From NCBI GenBank assembly GCA_013138805.1, contig WTCA01000012.1, forward strand, positions 1 through 43,987: a stretch of DNA of 43,987 nt. The letters are read 5' to 3'. The notes beneath the pieces were generated by a model, which was given only the letters and a program-made list of their open reading frames with translations, did not search any database and was not told where the DNA came from. This DNA is from an archaeon (GTDB lineage Archaea > EX4484-52 > GLR71). Numbering within the stretch: position 1 is the first letter of the stretch; every line of letters begins with the position of its first letter. The translations under genes and the position numbers were made by a program. Below, piece after piece: positions 38,275-43,987 of the stretch.

Positions 38275-38555
38275 ATAAACAAAATCAGTAGCTGAAACGG
38301 GCTTCAGAAAGCCCATAAAAATGCTAAGCATTTTTAGGGTCCCAAAAATTTATGATTTTTTAGGACCCGGATATCTATATGACATTCAATCCTACGGATT
38401 GAAGTCATGATTTAATCTTAGGCTACCTACTTAAAGGTCATGATTTAATTGATACTGTTCGCTTTGCTCAGGTGGCAAGCTTATTGAATTTACAAAGTAG
38501 CAAGTTGCGGAGTATTAAATCCAGAAAGAAATAAACAAAATCAGTAGCTGAAACG
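38275..38555. repeat. 25-bp perfect direct repeat flanking a 231-bp hairpin-rich segment
   Basis: ATAAACAAAATCAGTAGCTGAAACG at 38275-38299 and 38531-38555; four consecutive hairpins at 38299-38408; GTCATGATTTAAT at 38404-38416 and 38437-38449. Confidence 0.85.
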
Positions 38556-39245
38556 CCTTGTCCTTTCTTCTATAACATTAAGTTTCTCAATGACAAGACT
38601 TACCTGATTCTTAAGGTCTCGAAGCTCTAAAGCCATATCGATTCTCTGCGACACAGGCATGTCTGATTGCTGTTGCATATCAACGACAGGCTTTGGTGCC
38701 TGCGGATATTCAGGGATTGCCTGACCCACAGAAGGCATAGGAGAAGGTGCCTGTGTCTGGGCAGGAATCTGGCCTGTATTCATATCAAAGCCGCCAGGGG
38801 CAGAAACTGGCTGGGACGCAGGATAAGCAGCCTGTGCCATCACAGTCTGGTCCTGCGGATACGCCTGATCTGTCGGGTTGGCTCCAGGAGACATAGAAGG
38901 ATCTAAAGCTAAGGCCGCTTGCTGATTTATCTGATTAGGCTGACCGGGAGGCACAGTTCCTGCATCAAGAGGATTTTGTAGCGGCAGGCCGGAAATATCA
39001 GGTTGCGGAGCATCCCTTATTATCTGGTTCGGCGGATTTAAAGGTGTTTTAGAATCAAGGTTCAGGCCGCCTGAATAGTCAGCATTGACACTTGCCTCAA
39101 GCACTTTTGATGATTTTGACATGTCTGCGGTCGGGTCAGACTTCAGGATATCATCTATATTGCTGCTAGCACCGTCAAGATTTGCCCCGGAAGCCGCATG
39201 CTTTTTACCTGTCACGGTTTCTTTAAGTTTAGAAAATAAATCCAT
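38541..39245 (-). CDS. P/Q-rich disordered protein with N-terminal amphipathic helix and C-terminal coiled coil
   Basis: MDLFSKLKETVTG start (ATG at 39245); P/Q/A-rich middle; LELRDLKNQVSLVIEKLNVIEER heptads. Confidence 0.75.
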   Translation of the reverse strand: MDLFSKLKETVTGKKHAASGANLDGASSNIDDILKSDPTADMSKSSKVLEASVNADYSGGLNLDSKTPLNPPNQIIRDAPQPDISGLPLQNPLDAGTVPPGQPNQINQQAALALDPSMSPGANPTDQAYPQDQTVMAQAAYPASQPVSAPGGFDMNTGQIPAQTQAPSPMPSVGQAIPEYPQAPKPVVDMQQQSDMPVSQRIDMALELRDLKNQVSLVIEKLNVIEERTRRFSY

Positions 39246-39443
39246 AATAATCACGCAAAAATAAGTTCATATAGGAATTGCATATACAATATTATTGACA
39301 AGGACTATATAAATAATTACTGTAAAGTCTTTAGCTATCAAAACTTACAATAAAAAAATAAGGTTTATAAAGATATATATGAATTAACTATATATCTAAT
39401 TATATCTAATTCACATTGAAATGGATTGACTTATGGTGTTTTT

Positions 39444-40802
39444 ATGACAGGCAAGACAGCAGTGGAGAAGAAAAATTCAAATCCTAAGACAGGAATTAAT
39501 CCGGAAAAAGAGCAAAAGAAAGGCTCCAAGACATTGAAAAACGGAAAAAGCAAAGAATCCGGAAAAGAAAAGAAGCTGTCAAAAGAGGAAAGCCAGAAGA
39601 TAAGGCTTGAGACAGCCCAGACATTCGCTAAGGAAGTCTCACGAGAATTCAAGAAAAGCCTGAAAGCAGTCGTCGTGTACGGCTCGACAGCAAAAGGTAA
39701 GCACAGGGAGACATCAGACATAGATACTTTCGTCATAATAGATGACACAAAACTTGAGCAGGACATACCGGCCGAAGTCAAAGAACGCATAGGCGCAGAC
39801 CTAAGAAGGATTGGCACAAAAATTGACAAGAACATAACGATTCAGGCATTCATGTTCCTGACAGAGTTCTGGGAATCAATAAGATCAGTAGAGCCCTTGA
39901 TAATGGAGATTCTAAGGTTTGGCATACCTATATATGATGTTGGCATATTCATGCCTGCAAAAAGGATGCTTCAGAGAGGCATGCTGCCTACAACAAATGA
40001 GGCTGTAGGAAAAAGGATACACATAGCTCCTCAGCACCTGAAGATGGCAGAGTACAGGATGAAGAGCGGAGCTCATTTCATGGAGCAGGCCATGGCCGCA
40101 GCGGGCCAGGCACCACTGATGCTTATCGGAAAGATTCCTCCAGGAAAAGAGGATGTGCCAAAAGAACTCAGATTCCACTTTGTAGACAAGAAACTTCTTG
40201 ACCCAAAATACGCAGATGTGGCGCAGAAAATACACGATTTCGCAAAAGAGATAGAGCATGCTGAAAACAAGAAGATGAAAGATTTAGGAAAGAAGATGGA
40301 CGAACACCTGAAGATGACAGACGAGTTCATAAAAGAGATGCAAGAACTCATAAAAAGACTGTCTGAACAGAAAGTTGACACAGTCCTCATGAATACTTAC
40401 AAAGCGTTCCTAAAAGCAAATGTAGGAGCACTGGAACTCAAAGGCATAAAACCACCGGAACACCTAAAAGACCTGCCTAAAGTCATGGCAGAGCACTTCC
40501 CTGAAGTCAGGGAACAGCAGGAAGACCTTTTCGAAAGGCTCGCAAAAGCCCTAATAGTGGCAAAGAAAGGAAAGGCAGAAATGATACCTGAAAGAGAGAT
40601 ATACGGCCTCAAGGAAGAGACAAAGCGCTTCATATACAGCTTGGGAACAAAACTCAAAGAACTGAAAGAAAAAGGCGAGCTGAAAATATCAGACGAAAAG
40701 CTGGAGCAGATAAGAAAGCTTAAAGAAGAGCAGGGAACAGCAACAGGCAACAGTTCAGGCCATATGACCATGCAAAAGCCTTCTGAAAATAAGAAAAAAT
40801 GA
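39444..40802 (+). CDS. Pol-beta-family (MNT-like) nucleotidyltransferase with C-terminal helical (HEPN-like) domains
   Basis: VVVYGSTAKG....SDID.FVIIDD signature; I.R.G.PIYD.G; all-helical C-half. Confidence 0.8.
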   Translation: MTGKTAVEKKNSNPKTGINPEKEQKKGSKTLKNGKSKESGKEKKLSKEESQKIRLETAQTFAKEVSREFKKSLKAVVVYGSTAKGKHRETSDIDTFVIIDDTKLEQDIPAEVKERIGADLRRIGTKIDKNITIQAFMFLTEFWESIRSVEPLIMEILRFGIPIYDVGIFMPAKRMLQRGMLPTTNEAVGKRIHIAPQHLKMAEYRMKSGAHFMEQAMAAAGQAPLMLIGKIPPGKEDVPKELRFHFVDKKLLDPKYADVAQKIHDFAKEIEHAENKKMKDLGKKMDEHLKMTDEFIKEMQELIKRLSEQKVDTVLMNTYKAFLKANVGALELKGIKPPEHLKDLPKVMAEHFPEVREQQEDLFERLAKALIVAKKGKAEMIPEREIYGLKEETKRFIYSLGTKLKELKEKGELKISDEKLEQIRKLKEEQGTATGNSSGHMTMQKPSENKKK

Positions 40803-41017
40803 TGAATCGCACAAAGATATTTAAAATTATCATCTCTTATATGCAATACTAAACATGCTTTGTTCTTACAGAAAACATATAGGCAGATAACTTAACAACA
40901 CATAGATATATAACGAAAGGTTCAAAAAATAATATCAAAAACATACAGTTTCTTTAGATCCGGAAATACTCCGAAAGATTTACTAGAGACAAAAGTAAAC
41001 AGGAAAAGTGATAAAAA

Positions 41018-42340
41018 ATGAAATTTTACGCAATAGGCGGCTTCAAGGAAGTCGGAAAGAACATGACAGCAATAGAAGTCAACGGCGAAGTTGTCATATG
41101 TGATATGGGAGTATCCATGGAGCATCTCATAGAACTTAGCGGCAGAGGCCTCAATTATGAAGATCTTGATGAGCCGACACTGAGAAACATGGGTGTCCTT
41201 CCAAATGACACAATACTGAACGGCAAGAAAGTGATAGGGATAGTCATATCACACGGCCATCTTGACCATGTTTCGGCAATACCGAAACTGGCGAAAAGAT
41301 ACAACTGCCCAATCCTTGCGACACCGTACACAGCAGAGATAATAAAACGTCTCCTGAAAGACCATAATCAGGAAAGCCAGCTCAAGTTTGTGACACCTAT
41401 GCAGTATGGTGACACAGCAGAGCTTTCAAAAAACTTCAGCATAGAATATGTCAACATGCCTCACAGCATACCTGACGCATCCCTTGTAGCTGTATATACA
41501 GCAGAAGGCCTTGTAACGGTAGCATACGACTTCAAGCTTGACAACACACCCACACTTGGCGACAAGCCTGACTACAAGAGACTCAAGGAACTTGGAAGCG
41601 AAGGTGTCAAACTGCATCTTTCAGAATGTGTCCATATACGGGAAGAACAGAGGACACCGTCAGAGAAAGTAGCAAAAGATATGGTCTTTGACGCAATAGA
41701 CAGGGCATACCTTGACAGCTCAGCAGTCTTCATAACATCTTTCGCATCCCAGATAGCAAGAATAAAAAGTATAGTTGAAGCGAACAAAGGAAGAAGGCAG
41801 ATTGTTGTTCTTGGAAGATCTATGGACAATTACATAAATGCAGCAAAAGATCTGGGCCTCATAGACACATCCAAGTTCCAGCTGCAGGGAAGACCAAAAG
41901 AAGTGAAGGCAACAATAGATGCTGTAGCAAAGAATCCTGAAAAATATCTTGTATTATCTACAGGCAACCAGGGCGAGCCGAACTCAGTCCTCTCAAGGAT
42001 AGCAAACAAAGAATACAAGTTCAAGTTCAGGAAAGAAGACCAGGTAATCTTCTCATCAATGACAATACCCACACCTATAAACAAGGCGAACAGGTATGTA
42101 ATAGAAAGAAACCTTAAAGAGCAGGGTGTACGGATTCTTAAAGATGTCCATGTATCAGGCCATGCTATGAGAGAAGACCACAGAGACCTTCTAAGAATAC
42201 TGAATCCTGAAAGGGTGATACCTATGCACGGCGAGACAGAAAGGCTTGCATCATTTGCATCTCTCTGTGAAGAGGAAGGGTTCATAATAGGCGACACAGT
42301 CCATATCATGACAGACGGAAGATATATAAACATAAAGTGA
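41018..42340 (+). CDS. rnj: Ribonuclease J (MBL/beta-CASP)
   Basis: GG..EVGKNMTA, SHGHLDH, HSIPD, DFKLD, TGNQGEP, VHVSGHA and IPMHGE. Confidence 0.93.
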   Translation: MKFYAIGGFKEVGKNMTAIEVNGEVVICDMGVSMEHLIELSGRGLNYEDLDEPTLRNMGVLPNDTILNGKKVIGIVISHGHLDHVSAIPKLAKRYNCPILATPYTAEIIKRLLKDHNQESQLKFVTPMQYGDTAELSKNFSIEYVNMPHSIPDASLVAVYTAEGLVTVAYDFKLDNTPTLGDKPDYKRLKELGSEGVKLHLSECVHIREEQRTPSEKVAKDMVFDAIDRAYLDSSAVFITSFASQIARIKSIVEANKGRRQIVVLGRSMDNYINAAKDLGLIDTSKFQLQGRPKEVKATIDAVAKNPEKYLVLSTGNQGEPNSVLSRIANKEYKFKFRKEDQVIFSSMTIPTPINKANRYVIERNLKEQGVRILKDVHVSGHAMREDHRDLLRILNPERVIPMHGETERLASFASLCEEEGFIIGDTVHIMTDGRYINIK

Positions 42341-42367
42341 GACTAATCGTCAATATCATTTGAAAGG

Positions 42368-43222
42368 TTAAAAAACCTTTCTTATTTTATTTTTGACTGC
42401 AGGGGATATCTTCCTTACAATATATTTTATTGGTATTCCCTCAATATGACATTCAGAATTTTCAAAACCTTTTTTAAGAGATTCTATTGTACCGTCAATA
42501 GATTCATCAGTTACATTATACCCGGAAAATGCCAATGCAGGCGTAGTGTCATCTGTAGATGCGATTCTTTTAAGCGGTATAGTATACTCATCTCTGCATA
42601 TAGGTCTAATCTTATTTACAATTCTTCCAAAAAGTGATTTTTTATTTAATGTTTCAACCCATGCATTATGGTCATAATAGATATCTTTATATACATCTCT
42701 GTATGTATCTTGCATATTTTTGAACCAATCTACAGTAATCTCACTCATTCCCAGATCAACAGTGGTTGGATGATCAAGCACAAGAATAAAGCCTTTTTCT
42801 TTCACATACTCATAGACATCCCTAGGAGAAGTCATAGTCTTTATCAATCCACAGATTTCATCCTCAACATATTTATCTCTTATAAGATTCCAGTGACCAA
42901 TATCTATTTTTCCGTCTTCAGGCCTTTCAATTTTCTCTGTCTGTATCTCAACAGAAGGATAGATTATAAAACCATTATCTTCCAAAGCCTTAATATACTT
43001 ATCATCAGGATATAAATTTGTACTCAGAAGACATATTACTCCTTTTACTTCATTATCAGCATCATTAAACCGTTTTTTTACAACTGAATCAAACCTTGAC
43101 TTTATGCCGTCTGCCCAAGTATTGACATGACCAAGACTATTCAAATCAATATCTGACTCAAGATATGCCTTTGTATCATCAGGAGTATGTATACCTCCAT
43201 CTATAATATATGTTGTTACCAT
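42368..43222 (-). CDS. PHP-like domain protein with degenerate metal motifs
   Basis: IDGGIHT, SVEIQT, GHWNL, LVLDHP and IASTDD occur in PHP motif order. Confidence 0.5.
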   Translation of the reverse strand: MVTTYIIDGGIHTPDDTKAYLESDIDLNSLGHVNTWADGIKSRFDSVVKKRFNDADNEVKGVICLLSTNLYPDDKYIKALEDNGFIIYPSVEIQTEKIERPEDGKIDIGHWNLIRDKYVEDEICGLIKTMTSPRDVYEYVKEKGFILVLDHPTTVDLGMSEITVDWFKNMQDTYRDVYKDIYYDHNAWVETLNKKSLFGRIVNKIRPICRDEYTIPLKRIASTDDTTPALAFSGYNVTDESIDGTIESLKKGFENSECHIEGIPIKYIVRKISPAVKNKIRKVF

Positions 43223-43273
43223 AATATAGTCGCCACAATGTTTTTTTATATAGATACCTTTAAAAGACTTATC

Positions 43274-43987
43274 ATGGGCAAAATACAGAACCTTTCAAGG
43301 TACGGCCAGCACTTCATGACAGACAAAACCTTCATAGACAGGATTATCGCTTCAGCAAAGATTAAAAAAGATGAGACAATCCTGGAAATCGGAGCTGGCA
43401 CAGGCATCCTCACAGAAGAGATAGCAAAAGCAGGATGCAGAATTATATCTTACGAGATAGACAGACAGTTCGAGAAAGGTCACAAGACTCTGAAAAAAAA
43501 ATACCCGGGCATAACATTTATATACAAAGATGCCCTTTTTTCAGATTTTCCCGCCTTTGACAAGATAATAGCCAACATACCCTATAACATATCAGAACCA
43601 TTGATGCTTAAGCTATCAAAAACAAGATTCAAAGAAGGCATCCTGACAGTGAACAAGAGCTTCGCCGACAGGATGCTGAATCAATCAAAGATTAAATCGC
43701 TTCTTTCTCTTGTCATGCCAGCATATTTTAAAACAGAACATATAGAAGACGTGCCAAAAACAGCATTCACCCCGCCGCCAAGAATCGCTTCATCAATAAT
43801 CCGGATAACCCCTATAAAAAAAGAAGATCTTGAAGATGATGCAGAAAAATATATCCTCCGCCTCCTCTATGACCAGAGATCAAGAAAAGTAGGAAACGCA
43901 CTGATGGAAGCTATAATAGACTTAAAGTCAGCAAGAGATAATAAAAGATACACAAAAAAGGAATCAAAAGAAACAATAAGAAAGGCA
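43274..43987 (+). CDS. rsmA: 16S rRNA m6,2A dimethyltransferase RsmA/KsgA (runs off window end)
   Basis: Manual translation: YGQHFM.D, ILEIGAGTGILT, YEID, IIANIPYNIS and AF.PPP.I.S. Confidence 0.93.
   Translation, partial: MGKIQNLSRYGQHFMTDKTFIDRIIASAKIKKDETILEIGAGTGILTEEIAKAGCRIISYEIDRQFEKGHKTLKKKYPGITFIYKDALFSDFPAFDKIIANIPYNISEPLMLKLSKTRFKEGILTVNKSFADRMLNQSKIKSLLSLVMPAYFKTEHIEDVPKTAFTPPPRIASSIIRITPIKKEDLEDDAEKYILRLLYDQRSRKVGNALMEAIIDLKSARDNKRYTKKESKETIRKA

Noticed and set aside
1-43987. CRISPR arrays, rRNA, tRNA, transposases, integrases
   Set aside because: None recognised by eye; intron-containing or split tRNAs could have been missed without tRNAscan-SE

Overview
Chromosomal window from a reduced, AT-rich archaeon. 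Gene content and order suggest a DPANN lineage (inference, no phylogeny run). The backbone is archaeal housekeeping: gltX; rpl44e-rps27e-aIF2a-nop10-PAC2; rpoK-eno-rps2; the proteasome/exosome superoperon (psmA, SBDS, rrp4/41/42, rpl37ae, rpoP, pcc1, pfdB, DHH), then UPF0147 and sepF; rpoL-tfs-pcna-marC; RNase J; rsmA. The accessory features of most interest are: (i) a tight three-gene operon with an unknown protein, an ESCRT-III/Snf7/CdvB-like protein and a Vps4/CdvC-like AAA ATPase, in a cell that also encodes SepF; (ii) a catalytic-domain-only class I LysRS paralogue with an altered amino-acid pocket, inserted antisense between rpoK and eno; (iii) integron-style attC/att sites flanking a Cys-rich surface-protein gene, with no integrase in the window; (iv) a bacterial-type MetK divergent from a 'methanogenesis marker 9' protein; (v) an MbhA-I-like Mrp antiporter module with no hydrogenase subunits, split by an antisense gene; (vi) small duplications, hairpin arrays and two candidate ncRNAs. 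All calls come from reading motifs by eye. No searches were run.
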